64,000 nucleotides of DNA, taken from sequence record NC_028950.1. One strand, 5' to 3'. Under the pieces are notes generated by a model. It was not told the origin of the DNA. It saw only the letters and a program-made list of their open reading frames with translations, and did not search any database. The position numbers and the translations under genes were made by a program. How positions within the stretch are numbered: position 1 is the stretch's first letter; each line of letters starts with the position of its first letter. Positions 46,641 through 56,194 of the stretch are shown in pieces.

Positions 46641-48536
46641 ATGGGTGTAACCTCTCGCGACGTACAATGGTTGCGTAAGTCTTTCCTGCTCGCTACTGAC
46701 AATCTCGATGATCAGTCGCTGCAAGAGTTTGGCTATACCGACACCATTGCCCGTCCTTTCGACACGAGTCCGGGCGGCAACGAGGTAATCAACCCTCTGC
46801 CTCAATTTACGCGGCATTGCGATATCAAAATCAAAACGCCACTCATGAACACGTTTGGTATTGGTCGTTGGTACGATGAAACGTACGGCCAGTACTCGCA
46901 GAAAATTTACCTGCGTTTCGGGGTGCCTGAATTCACTCCGATGTCTCAATTCTTCACGGGGTTCTACAGCTATGAGGCTTCCCTTCTGGCCCGTACTGGC
47001 CGTGCTTCCGCTGGTATTGCTTATTACCTTGGTCGTGGGGTTGGTCTTGCTGTAACGATCTTCAACATTCCGCTGCTGTTGACGACTGTTGCTCTGGAAG
47101 CCTATCGCTTCTTCACCCAAAAACAAAGCTCGAAGTTTTACTACTTCAAGCCAGCCATGCATTTGTATTGGAACGCGGTCACTACGCTCGTGAACCATTA
47201 CTGCGTGAACCGAGGTATCATTCCTCGAATGTTCACGTCTGACCAGAATCAGACGATGGCGGCTGAGAACACGTACACTGCCGACGACCTCAAGCGTTTC
47301 GCTCAGGTGTTGGAAGTGTTTGATGAGAACGGTCAGGTCGACATGTACCGTTACGCTTCGTTCGCACAACGCCGTAAGAAAGCGTTCATGGACAAGCTGC
47401 GCGATATGCTCGACGTTTCGAACCTGGACTTCGGTGCATTGCACAACAACTTCCGTTCTGCTCTGAATCAGCAAGCACAGCCTGTACAAGGCCGCGCGTT
47501 CAAAGAGTATATGGATCTGTGGCTCAACAGTCCGGAAGGCAATGCGAACTCATCCAGTGGCTCTGCGGATGGTTCTCAGGGCGAATCGGTTGCCGACACT
47601 CAGGTGAACACGATCGATAAGCCGGATCGCGATGGTCTGTGGAAGCTCCTGCAGTCCGAGTGGAACGACGGTACAGCATTCGTTTGCTTCCGTGTGAATT
47701 CCACAGGTGAAGTCTCGGAGTCCTTCTCCAGTTCCACGGCCAAATCTGAAATCGAAGACAAGATCAACGGTCTCGCATCGCAGGCTCGTAAGACCAGCTT
47801 TAACTTCTCCGGCGGTAATCTGACTGGTGCGTTGAGTGGTGCTCTGGGAGCGGTGGGTGACTTCGTGGGCGGTGTGGCTGACCAGTTCAATATCTCTGGT
47901 CTGGCTGTGTTGGGGGGTGCTGCATTCGTGGATATTCCGGAACACTGGGAATCCTCGACGGCTTCTCTTCCCCAACAGTCGTACACGATCCAACTGATTG
48001 CGCCTTACGGCAATGCACTCAGCCAGCTGTTCAACATGTACATTCCGCTGTTCATGATTCTGGCGGGTGCTCTTCCTCGCTCCACGGGTAAGCAGTCGTA
48101 TACAGCTCCGCCTCTCGTGCAGCTGTTCGACAAGGGCAAGCAACAAACGCGTCTGGGCATTATCGATTCGGTATCGGTTCGTCGTGGCACGACCAACCTG
48201 CCATTCAACAAACACATGCAAGCGATGGGTATCGAGGTTACGTTCTCGATTAAAGATCTGTCCTCCATCATGCACATGCCGATCTCGCAGGGTTTCTCGC
48301 TGAACCCGACGAAAGGCATTTTCGACGAAGACACTGTGTTCTCGGACTACATGGGTGTGTTGGCTGGTCTCGACATCGACGATCAGATCTACTCGTTCCG
48401 TAAGTTCGCTTTGAACCTGACTCGATACGCTACCAACTGGCGTAGCTGGACGTCGTCATCTCACATGGCGTCGTTCCTAGCTAATGGCACGCCGCTGCGT
48501 TTCGTGTCCATGTTCTACAAGGGTATCGATCCATAA
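46641..48536 (+). CDS. Virion tail/baseplate protein (phiKZ gp182-like)
   Basis: 631 aa, AGGAG RBS; 'GGNEVINPLPQFTRHCDI' and 'GIIDSVSVRRG'; synteny after the tape-measure gene. Confidence 0.72.
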   Translation: MGVTSRDVQWLRKSFLLATDNLDDQSLQEFGYTDTIARPFDTSPGGNEVINPLPQFTRHCDIKIKTPLMNTFGIGRWYDETYGQYSQKIYLRFGVPEFTPMSQFFTGFYSYEASLLARTGRASAGIAYYLGRGVGLAVTIFNIPLLLTTVALEAYRFFTQKQSSKFYYFKPAMHLYWNAVTTLVNHYCVNRGIIPRMFTSDQNQTMAAENTYTADDLKRFAQVLEVFDENGQVDMYRYASFAQRRKKAFMDKLRDMLDVSNLDFGALHNNFRSALNQQAQPVQGRAFKEYMDLWLNSPEGNANSSSGSADGSQGESVADTQVNTIDKPDRDGLWKLLQSEWNDGTAFVCFRVNSTGEVSESFSSSTAKSEIEDKINGLASQARKTSFNFSGGNLTGALSGALGAVGDFVGGVADQFNISGLAVLGGAAFVDIPEHWESSTASLPQQSYTIQLIAPYGNALSQLFNMYIPLFMILAGALPRSTGKQSYTAPPLVQLFDKGKQQTRLGIIDSVSVRRGTTNLPFNKHMQAMGIEVTFSIKDLSSIMHMPISQGFSLNPTKGIFDEDTVFSDYMGVLAGLDIDDQIYSFRKFALNLTRYATNWRSWTSSSHMASFLANGTPLRFVSMFYKGIDP

Positions 48537-48545
48537 AGCAAAAGT

Positions 48546-48579
48546 CATATACCACCTGGCGCAAGCCAGGTGGTATATG
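48546..48579. terminator. Bidirectional 15-bp hairpin with CATA/TATG ends
   Basis: catataccacctggc-gcaa-gccaggtggtatatg. Confidence 0.75.
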
Positions 48580-48583
48580 TTCG

Positions 48584-49816
48584 TCAAGGAACGTTAATTG
48601 CGGTCGAGCCGATGTTGCTTGCATCAGGGAGAGTAGCAGCTTTGCCTGCAATCATGTCATCCAGCCACTGGATGTTGCGAGGAGCACCGATATTCGGATC
48701 GTACTCCACACGCGGGTCCACATCCCGCGCCACCTGATTCGAACCAGTCGAAACGGTTTGTGGGAAGCGCTTCGTGAGTTCGTCGTTAACCGACAGAGGT
48801 TTGTTGAACACCTGCAGAGCGGCGTACGTCTTGTCGACTGAATTGCTAGCCGTCATTGCGCCAGTCGTGAAGATGTTCTTCACCTGAACCGAAGCACCTA
48901 ACAAAGAAGTCAGGTCACGGAAAGTCGAGCTCGAACCCTGAGGCTGAAAGGACGACGTATTCCAGTTCGGATCAACTTTTTGATACGCTCCCTGATACTG
49001 AACAAATTGACCGTTCGAACCAGAGATGTCAGAAGGCGTATAAGCTGTCTTGTCGTTCTTGGCCAACTGAGACACAGCATTCGGCTGAAGCATCCCAACT
49101 GCACCATTGCCGATATACGACGTCATGGCAGCAACAGAAGCCAGATCCCCACGAGCCAAAGCACCAGGCAAAGAGCCAGTTGCGACCGTGTAAAGGATCG
49201 AACCTTTGTTCACAAGTGTAGTGGAAGACTGGATGGTGTCAGCAATGACTCCAAAAGCCCCCTGAATGCCCTGTGCGCCTGCCTCTCCGACTAGAGCGGT
49301 GAAGACACCTCCAAGAGCGCCGTTGGCACTGAGAGCGATTCCGGCCTTCCCAGCCACTGCATTGATTGTGTTCGCAATCCCACGAATGTCGGAAAAGTTA
49401 CCGGTCTGAACTGCACGGACGATACCGTTGACGGTCGTATAGACTCGGTTGGCTTCCTTGATCAAGCCAGTGACTTCATTGACGCCACTCTTGACAGCAG
49501 AGATAGCAGCCTGTGAACCCGAGACCACATCGTTCACAAGCGACTTGGCTTTCGAATATTCTTCGGAGAAAGCCGAAGAGATTTTGTCAGTGAGGGATTC
49601 GGGATTCAAACCGAGTACACCATCGGTAGCAGTCTTGAGCAGATTGCCTGATGTGAATTTACTCAGGAACCCGAACTTGTCGGACAGATCGAATCCGGTC
49701 AGATTCAGATCCTGAAAACTGTTAACGATCGAATTGTCTACTTTTTTGTAGACGTCTTCGACTACGGTTTTCTCGTCCGGTGTCCGGCTTAGAATACTGG
49801 AAGCTAAGGTCGGCAT
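48584..49816 (-). CDS. Virion structural protein (Ser/Gly/Ala/Thr-rich)
   Basis: 410 aa; N-terminal 'RTPDEKTVVEDVYK' recalls a phiKZ-like family; synteny. Confidence 0.65.
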   Translation of the reverse strand: MPTLASSILSRTPDEKTVVEDVYKKVDNSIVNSFQDLNLTGFDLSDKFGFLSKFTSGNLLKTATDGVLGLNPESLTDKISSAFSEEYSKAKSLVNDVVSGSQAAISAVKSGVNEVTGLIKEANRVYTTVNGIVRAVQTGNFSDIRGIANTINAVAGKAGIALSANGALGGVFTALVGEAGAQGIQGAFGVIADTIQSSTTLVNKGSILYTVATGSLPGALARGDLASVAAMTSYIGNGAVGMLQPNAVSQLAKNDKTAYTPSDISGSNGQFVQYQGAYQKVDPNWNTSSFQPQGSSSTFRDLTSLLGASVQVKNIFTTGAMTASNSVDKTYAALQVFNKPLSVNDELTKRFPQTVSTGSNQVARDVDPRVEYDPNIGAPRNIQWLDDMIAGKAATLPDASNIGSTAINVP

Positions 49817-49859
49817 TTTTTCACCAGAAAAAAATATAGGTCACAACATAAGAAGATTC

Positions 49860-49891
49860 CTGACAGTGTAGCCCGAAGGCTACACTGTCAG
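49860..49891 (-). terminator. Perfect 14-bp hairpin
   Basis: ctgacagtgtagcc-cgaa-ggctacactgtcag. Confidence 0.7.
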
Positions 49892-49902
49892 TATCCATAA
49901 AA

Positions 49903-50430
49903 TTACTTCTCTTGAATCAGCGTAAAGTTCATGTCCCGGAAGTTCACGAACTCGTGAGGTTTCTCACCGCGAAGGATATCGCGCACGTCATTCAGAACGC
50001 CAATGTACAGGCTGCTGTGACTCGGACGAATCGGAAGACGGTCCGGGCCTTGCAGGTAATAATGATCGAAAGGCAAATCGTTCTCGACCATCATCTGTGC
50101 ATAATGGCTGTTCGTTTGCAACTTGAGAATGGTTGCATCGAGGATCAGTTCACGAAACTTATCGCACGAATACTTCGGCGACAGTCGCATGAAATTGATT
50201 GCCTGATGCGGTTCCATGTTTCGAATTGCATCACGTGTGCCACCAGTGTTCAGGTAGCAGAACATGTTCTGCACGGTCCGGAAATGTCCGAGCAGGGGAT
50301 GGTGGATTGGCTCACCAACATTGTACGACAATGCCAGCAGACGACCGAGCTTGGTCTTCGCCTTCATTTGCGTGTTGATGTGCGTATAACCATCTTCAAG
50401 CGGATTGGGACGAACAGTCAAGTCACTCAT
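49903..50430 (-). CDS. Conserved phage protein, possibly NADAR/YbiA-like
   Basis: 'DGYTHINT...KTKLGRLL...HPLLGHFRTVQNMFCYL' resembles the phage 'HINIYSKGKTELGRLLSNF' family; the fold call is tentative. Confidence 0.55.
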   Translation of the reverse strand: MSDLTVRPNPLEDGYTHINTQMKAKTKLGRLLALSYNVGEPIHHPLLGHFRTVQNMFCYLNTGGTRDAIRNMEPHQAINFMRLSPKYSCDKFRELILDATILKLQTNSHYAQMMVENDLPFDHYYLQGPDRLPIRPSHSSLYIGVLNDVRDILRGEKPHEFVNFRDMNFTLIQEK

Positions 50431-50996
50431 TGCTTTTCTCCGGAGTCTTTCTTTTTGTTCTTGTGACCAATCAGCTTACGCATCAAAGCCTTAAGAGGGC
50501 TACCTTCTTTTTTCGATTGAAGGAAATCGTTTACCTGCGCGATGAGTTCCGATTCCTCATCCTCCTCGCTCAGACTGAGCAGAACATCAGGAGTAAGCGG
50601 ATATCGGACCTTGCCGACAAGACGACGACCATCTTTCATTTTCCAGATAGCCAGCATTTCGATCTCTTCGACATTGGCAACAACAGCTGCCTTGACGAAG
50701 GTTGAGACCGACATGCTTTCATCTTCAGAAAACACCTGGTTCGTGATATTGCCGCGAGCGCTGGTACGATGTGCTGGCGTTTGCGGGATCCCATTTGCAG
50801 GATCGTTCACATAACGCTTAAGCAGTGCGTCCCAGGTCTCAAGCCTTGTGATGCCGAGACCTTTGAACAGAAACCTGTGCGTCAAATACCAAAGAACATT
50901 CTTCGGTCGTGATGGGAAATTGAATATCCCCCTGGCAGTCAGATCCATCTGACTATTGACTCGTCGTGTGACGAGACTATCTTCTTTTCGTGCCAT
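50427..50996 (-). CDS. Conserved hypothetical protein
   Basis: 189 aa, GGAG RBS; stop of this gene overlaps the start of the next. Confidence 0.7.
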   Translation of the reverse strand: MARKEDSLVTRRVNSQMDLTARGIFNFPSRPKNVLWYLTHRFLFKGLGITRLETWDALLKRYVNDPANGIPQTPAHRTSARGNITNQVFSEDESMSVSTFVKAAVVANVEEIEMLAIWKMKDGRRLVGKVRYPLTPDVLLSLSEEDEESELIAQVNDFLQSKKEGSPLKALMRKLIGHKNKKKDSGEKQ

Positions 50997-51050
50997 TTGA
51001 TAGGCTCCAAACAGTGATATGGTTTTCCATACCGGTTAAGATGACTTTGG

Positions 51051-51566
51051 TCATTCGCCAAAGTGTTCAAGTAAAGCATTGATAAATCCCGTCAACGTCT
51101 GCGTGTACTTGTACAGCTGACGATGATTGTGTTCCATCGGTCCATGAAGTTCCATGTCGGCATTCTTCATGTACTCATGGTAAGTGTCGATCAACTCTAC
51201 AGCTCGTTGAATCTTCACCGCAGTGTCGTCCACGTAGTAACCTTCGTGAACAAAGAGGAAGTCGTCAAATCTCGGAGTCTTCAATTCCCTCACAGAAAAG
51301 AGTCCGCGTTCAATGTGTAGCTTATCTTTCAGATAGTCATTTACCTCCAGGAGTGACTTAATGAAGTCCGGCAAGTTCTCAGAGAAACATTCGATTCTTC
51401 CGAGAGAGGCCGGCGACTTGGTAAGAGTCAATTGCGTGATACCGATTCGACCCAATGCAATCTGGAGTTGCACATAGATGCTCTCAGGATCAGCTTTCTT
51501 CTCCTCCACCACAACGGGCTCAGGAGCTTTCCTTTGCCGAAGATAGTCGAACAGTCGCTGTATCAT
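51051..51566 (-). CDS. Hypothetical protein
   Basis: Start probably MIQRLF (GAAGGT RBS), downstream of the 51609 motif. Confidence 0.65.
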   Translation of the reverse strand: MIQRLFDYLRQRKAPEPVVVEEKKADPESIYVQLQIALGRIGITQLTLTKSPASLGRIECFSENLPDFIKSLLEVNDYLKDKLHIERGLFSVRELKTPRFDDFLFVHEGYYVDDTAVKIQRAVELIDTYHEYMKNADMELHGPMEHNHRQLYKYTQTLTGFINALLEHFGE

Positions 51567-51608
51567 GTGACCTTCATTCAATGGATTTTCCAGACATAGA
51601 TCCAAATA

Positions 51609-51624
51609 GTAATATATGTCTGAG
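51609..51624 (-). promoter_or_regulatory. Early promoter-like motif CTCAGACATATATTAC
   Basis: Contains TATATTAC; same 16-bp architecture as the other copies. Confidence 0.55.
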
Positions 51625-51646
51625 CTGTTTTAAAGGAGAAACAATC

Positions 51647-52084
51647 GTGTCCGCTTTGACACCTGAAAAGATCGAGGAGAGTTTTCAGGACCTCGACTAC
51701 ACCAACGGAGTCCGTAAGCAAATCGTTTCTGCTTTGCTGCCGGATGCATTGACGAGCAAAGATCCTGAGCTCGCTCGAACTGTCATGCAGGGCCTCGACG
51801 GTATCGATAAGGTTTCGCTTGGCCGACTCAAACTCAACGAGAAAGCGAAGGAAAACGAAACCCGTGCTGACGAAGCCGCGGCAATGGCACAGTATCTGGT
51901 TACTTTGTCTGACCGCCGTCAAAAGGAAGGCAGACCGGAAGTCAGCCACAACGATACAGCCGGCCGTAAGCTGCCGGATGAGCGTCGGCCGACTTACGAT
52001 CCGTCTGTTCGTGACTCTGCAGCAGGAAGCGAGAACACGTCGGAATTCACCGAACGTATCGAAGGACAGAACGGAAAGCGTTAA
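51647..52084 (+). CDS. Hypothetical protein (145 aa)
   Basis: GTG start with an AAGGAG RBS; helical. Confidence 0.7.
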   Translation: MSALTPEKIEESFQDLDYTNGVRKQIVSALLPDALTSKDPELARTVMQGLDGIDKVSLGRLKLNEKAKENETRADEAAAMAQYLVTLSDRRQKEGRPEVSHNDTAGRKLPDERRPTYDPSVRDSAAGSENTSEFTERIEGQNGKR

Positions 52085-52875
52085 TCCGTCTTGTTCTGAT
52101 CCGTAAGCTTCTTGTCGAGCTCGTCGATAGTCAGATGTTTCGACACATCGACATCCTCAATGCCCACCAGACGTGCGTCCGGGTAGATGAGAGAGAAGTG
52201 TTCAACGTTGATGAACTTCAAGTGAATCCTGGGAGCCACTGCGGCTTCCAGGACCGCTAGGCTATTTATGCCGCGTTTCATCTGCTCGATGACTTCCTCG
52301 TCCTTATCGGGATCGGAGTTGAAGTACACCATCGGAGCCACCAGAAGCAGGAACGGCTTCGGATTCTTGATGAGTGCGTTCGCATGTGCATTGAGGTAGT
52401 TATGATAGTCGTACATGACCATCATCACGTAGTTCTCGGAACACAGCGCGGGCGTCAGTTCCTTGATGTCCTTGCTGAAGACATTAACGCCGATACGACC
52501 TTGGAACTTCAGATAGATGATGCTGCGCAATGCTGCCATCTCATCAGCCTGGAACGGATACGGCCAGACGTTCACATCCAGCTGAGGCTTCTGATTGTCC
52601 GGCAATTCATGCGCGATCGTTTCCTTCATTAGCTCGGCAATCTGAGGAGCCAGAAAGACGAAGATGTTGGTCATGAGAGCTTCTTGCAAAGTCTCGACTT
52701 CGAACTTGCCATAAAGCTCGTCGTATGCTTTCTTGTCGATACCTTCGAAGAAGTCACCCTTACGAAGGTGATAGCCGTTCCTGATGAGGCCCTGAGCGAT
52801 CTCGGGATTCAGACGCTTCACTACCCCATAGCGCGCATCCAGGAGCGCGCCAATCTCTACATAGATGCCTTTCAT
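52081..52875 (-). CDS. HAD-fold-like conserved protein with a degenerate catalytic motif
   Basis: N-terminal 'IYVEIGALLDARYG' resembles HAD motif I; 'LDVNVWPY' and 'MVMYDY'. Confidence 0.55.
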   Translation of the reverse strand: MKGIYVEIGALLDARYGVVKRLNPEIAQGLIRNGYHLRKGDFFEGIDKKAYDELYGKFEVETLQEALMTNIFVFLAPQIAELMKETIAHELPDNQKPQLDVNVWPYPFQADEMAALRSIIYLKFQGRIGVNVFSKDIKELTPALCSENYVMMVMYDYHNYLNAHANALIKNPKPFLLLVAPMVYFNSDPDKDEEVIEQMKRGINSLAVLEAAVAPRIHLKFINVEHFSLIYPDARLVGIEDVDVSKHLTIDELDKKLTDQNKTD

Positions 52876-53360
52876 TACTCGATTACCCCCGCAATGATTT
52901 CGGGACTACCGTACGTGAAGAATACTGCAAACATCACGAGGTAACGGTTGTTCTTCAGAATGCTGATGACTGCATCCGGATCAGGAATCCGGCTACGGTA
53001 TTCTGCGCCCATGAACGAGAGCTTCGGATCGTCCGCTTCCTTCGTGTTGTAGGCTTGGGCCAGATGAACGATCAGTGCCTGATAATCTTCTTCAGGCAAA
53101 GTGAAACGCGTACGGAACAACGAGGTCAGCGTGTAGACCAGGTTGATGTACAGCGTGTCCTTGTAGATCATGTCGTAGAGATTCTGCATCGAATCTTCCG
53201 TGAACACGAGCCAGCCTTGCGTTTGCAGCAAGACTTCGCCAAGGAAAGATGCTTCGTTAAAGCGATTCTCTCCCTTGATCGTCAGGTTATGGAAGTAGTG
53301 GTGCATCGCGCCATTGATCGCATTCTGTGCTACTTCCGTGATTTCTGCCATTGTGGACAT
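52875..53360 (-). CDS. Conserved hypothetical protein (161 aa)
   Basis: Start MSTMAE with a GGAG RBS; stop overlaps the next start. Confidence 0.65.
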   Translation of the reverse strand: MSTMAEITEVAQNAINGAMHHYFHNLTIKGENRFNEASFLGEVLLQTQGWLVFTEDSMQNLYDMIYKDTLYINLVYTLTSLFRTRFTLPEEDYQALIVHLAQAYNTKEADDPKLSFMGAEYRSRIPDPDAVISILKNNRYLVMFAVFFTYGSPEIIAGVIE

Positions 53361-53424
53361 AAAGACTCCGAACAAAAGATACGACAGAGTACCTGGCCGA
53401 AGCCAGGTACTCACACAGGATGGC

Positions 53425-54117
53425 TCACAGCGTGTTGTCGTAGTGCATGCCAAGAAGGATGTTACGAAGCGAACGGGTCGAACCGACCTCACCCGCATAG
53501 GGTTCGAGTGCTTTCATCGAGGCCCCGCCAGTCTTCATGATCGCTTGATTCATGAGACGATTGCCTTTCACGTCACCGCCACGCCAGTGCATGAATTCTT
53601 CAATGGTCTTTTGCAGACCGAAAGCCTTCAGCAGAGACAGTTCGGGGTAACTGATCTTAGATCCCTTGCTATCGCCAGTGACCTGACCAGTAAAGTCGTC
53701 GATCGAGTGGTTGTTTTCCGGAATGGAGATCTTCTCCACCAGCAGCTGCGCCTGACGTCGTACCGGGAAGGGCAGAATCAGATACGCATTCGGCGTCAGG
53801 AACCAGTCGCCTGATTCATCCTGATACCAGAGATGCTGGAAGAATTGAACACCAAACTTCGGACCCAGCACGTTGATGTTTCGCATCACGTCCAGGGGGA
53901 ACTTGCCGCCCGGTGGATCGATATACACCAGAGCGCCTTCTTTGTTTCGCATGCGCTCAATCCAGTTATGGAACTGAGCGTCATTCAGGTACTTCGGGCT
54001 TTTCGGATCGAAGAGCGCCTGGTACAGAGCAACGTTCGGATTGCCAGGAGCAATCGAATCGATGATGTCCAGACACATCTTCTCAGCCGCTTTGCGGTTA
54101 CGTGCCATTGGGTTCAT
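53425..54117 (-). CDS. Virion RNA polymerase beta subunit, C-terminal part (phiKZ gp149-like)
   Basis: 'RRQAQLLVEKISIP...DDFTGQVTGDSKGSKISYPELSLLKAFGLQKTIEEFMHWRGGDV' aligns with the RpoB C-terminus 'TQQPLGG...GQRFGEMEVWALEAYGA..TLQEML.VKSDD'. Confidence 0.85.
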   Translation of the reverse strand: MNPMARNRKAAEKMCLDIIDSIAPGNPNVALYQALFDPKSPKYLNDAQFHNWIERMRNKEGALVYIDPPGGKFPLDVMRNINVLGPKFGVQFFQHLWYQDESGDWFLTPNAYLILPFPVRRQAQLLVEKISIPENNHSIDDFTGQVTGDSKGSKISYPELSLLKAFGLQKTIEEFMHWRGGDVKGNRLMNQAIMKTGGASMKALEPYAGEVGSTRSLRNILLGMHYDNTL

Positions 54118-54586
54118 CCTTGAGACGGATCATTCGCAACTTGATCTTCTTGTCGTTGCAGCGCTCCATCATATCTTTGGTGCCGGGAGAATGACCATCC
54201 CAGAAGCCCAAACCATGGCTCGATACGTTGGCCATGTCCTGATTACGCATGAAGCCTGCCAAGGCATTGTATTGCTTGCCTTGCGCATTCATCTTGATGC
54301 GTGCACCAGGAACATCGATGTTGTCCCAATCAGCCGGGAATTCGCTCCAGCGCCAGCCTTTCAGCTTGGCCCAGTCAACGATCTGTTTGTCGGCGCCCTC
54401 ACGAGCCATGCCTGACACAAACACGGTGTTTTCGGGAGTGAGAGACCAATCGCGAATGAAGCCTGACAAGCAGGCGTCAAAGATTTCCTCTTCCACATTT
54501 TTCCGACTGCCAAAAACGACTACTACGTTTTTGAACTTTCGCAATTCGTCGCGTCGGATCGGACGAATCGGCTTGCCATCGCTCAT
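54098..54586 (-). CDS. SLOG-superfamily (YspA/DUF2493-like) protein
   Basis: 'VVFGSRK', 'VSGMAREGAD', 'FPADWD', 'AGFMRNQDM', 'FWDGHSPGTKDM'. Start at MSDGKP with an AAGGA RBS. Confidence 0.8.
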   Translation of the reverse strand: MSDGKPIRPIRRDELRKFKNVVVVFGSRKNVEEEIFDACLSGFIRDWSLTPENTVFVSGMAREGADKQIVDWAKLKGWRWSEFPADWDNIDVPGARIKMNAQGKQYNALAGFMRNQDMANVSSHGLGFWDGHSPGTKDMMERCNDKKIKLRMIRLKDEPNGT

Positions 54587-54652
54587 GATTCTGCAATCCT
54601 TGTTAAACCCCGAAAATTGATAGTTCTTCTCAATATATCGGGGCATAAAAAA

Positions 54653-54677
54653 GGAGAGCGGAATCAATCCGCTCTCC
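54653..54677 (-). terminator. Hairpin after the recombinase gene
   Basis: ggagagcgga...tccgctctcc followed by a U-run and TATG on the minus strand. Confidence 0.7.
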
Positions 54678-54681
54678 GGTT

Positions 54682-56088
54682 TTACTTCCAGTAAGGCTTG
54701 TACTTGTCAATACGCATGCGCATCAAGTCCAGCGTCGAAAGGAAAGGAACGGGGTGATCATCGTTATTCAATGTCCACCAGCCACGGGTATTGCCCAGGA
54801 TTTCATCCCAGTCGTAACCCTTTTCCTTCACACCGTCGAACAGTTCCTTCGGCGTACACAGCAGACCTTGGTTGCGAAGTTCCGGCATCAGACGGGTCAT
54901 TTGCATGAGCTCCATCGTGATGGTCAGGGCACGTTGCAGCATCGGGTCGGTGTCAATCTTCGAACGAACCTTCGTACGACTCAGCTTGGCATCAGGGCGA
55001 AGAGTCAGGAAATAGTTCTGATCGTTGCCCTCCAGACCGAACGAGTCCGGATGATCCCACAGATTATAGAACTCGGTCATCGACGCGAGAACGCCTTGCT
55101 TCTGCGAAACGATCAGGCGGATAGGCACGCCCGACGGACCCGACTTGCCGCGAAGCTCGATTGCGTGCAGAACGTTCAGGTCCGAATCGCCTTCAGCCTT
55201 GTCGAATTCATCACGCGGAAATTGCGGCAACTTCGTCTGACGATGGATCAGCTTCTCCAGATTGTAGAACTGGAGAATCGAATTCATGATGTACGTGAAC
55301 TTGTCCGTCACGCCCTTCATCTTGACGTTGCCCTGGATGTTCGACAGCTTCTTCTTTTCCGGATTGTACTGATCCAGATTGAAGATCGGACCGACCTGAG
55401 CGGACATCGAGAAGTAGTGAGCGGCCTTGTGCAACAGCGGCGGATATTCAGAGAGCAGACGAAGCTTCTGGATACCCTGCTTCATGAACATCGTTTCTGC
55501 GCCCTTCTCACCCAGACCGACGTCATCGTTCATCTTCGACACGTCTTTGGTCACGAAGTCCGAGAACGAATCAAGACCGCCGAACGTCGGGATGATCATG
55601 TCCATCAGTTCGTTCGTACCGAGCTTCATGAATGGCAGCTTGGCGCGGTATTCCTTCTTCTTGCCGAGCTCGACTTTCTGCTCCAGGAATTCCTTGGTAG
55701 CGTCGTACCACTCGTCACCGCTGTACTGCTTACGGCTCGTCACGATGAAACGTTCCGTCTCGATCGGATCGTTGCCGTCGAACTCAGGAAGCTGGCTGGC
55801 GAGATCGCCAATCCGCGTACCCTGTGTGTTCATTTCCGTTTCGTAGATCGAACCCGTCGATTCCGGGTGAATCCGGTACATTGCACGCAGATTCTTGTAC
55901 AGCATCGAGGTGGTCTTATACAGGTTACCACCGCCGACGTAACCGCTCAGCTGAGCATGGCCGCCATTGAGCAATGCTTCGCCATGTTGGCCGTAATACC
56001 AACGGCCAGTGATGATGTCGAGACCGGCTCCCACGTTGATCATGGGTGCGAGATGTTCGGCCTTTTGGTAAGGTTGTTTAAACAGCAT
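54682..56088 (-). CDS. RecA/UvsX/RadA-like recombinase ATPase (phiKZ gp152-like)
   Basis: 'INVGAGLDIITG', Walker A-like 'GGGNLYKTT', 'IYETE', Walker B-like 'GLDSFS', 'KLRGKSG'-like 'ELRGKSGPSG'. Start at MLFKQP with a GGAG RBS. Confidence 0.8.
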   Translation of the reverse strand: MLFKQPYQKAEHLAPMINVGAGLDIITGRWYYGQHGEALLNGGHAQLSGYVGGGNLYKTTSMLYKNLRAMYRIHPESTGSIYETEMNTQGTRIGDLASQLPEFDGNDPIETERFIVTSRKQYSGDEWYDATKEFLEQKVELGKKKEYRAKLPFMKLGTNELMDMIIPTFGGLDSFSDFVTKDVSKMNDDVGLGEKGAETMFMKQGIQKLRLLSEYPPLLHKAAHYFSMSAQVGPIFNLDQYNPEKKKLSNIQGNVKMKGVTDKFTYIMNSILQFYNLEKLIHRQTKLPQFPRDEFDKAEGDSDLNVLHAIELRGKSGPSGVPIRLIVSQKQGVLASMTEFYNLWDHPDSFGLEGNDQNYFLTLRPDAKLSRTKVRSKIDTDPMLQRALTITMELMQMTRLMPELRNQGLLCTPKELFDGVKEKGYDWDEILGNTRGWWTLNNDDHPVPFLSTLDLMRMRIDKYKPYWK

Positions 56089-56194
56089 GTTGAATGCTCT
56101 CCAATCATTTGAAATGAAGAATGCGTGAGTCAAACTATGGGGTTTTTCACTAAAAATATAGTTTGGCGTCTTTGATTACCTTAGCGAGATACCC

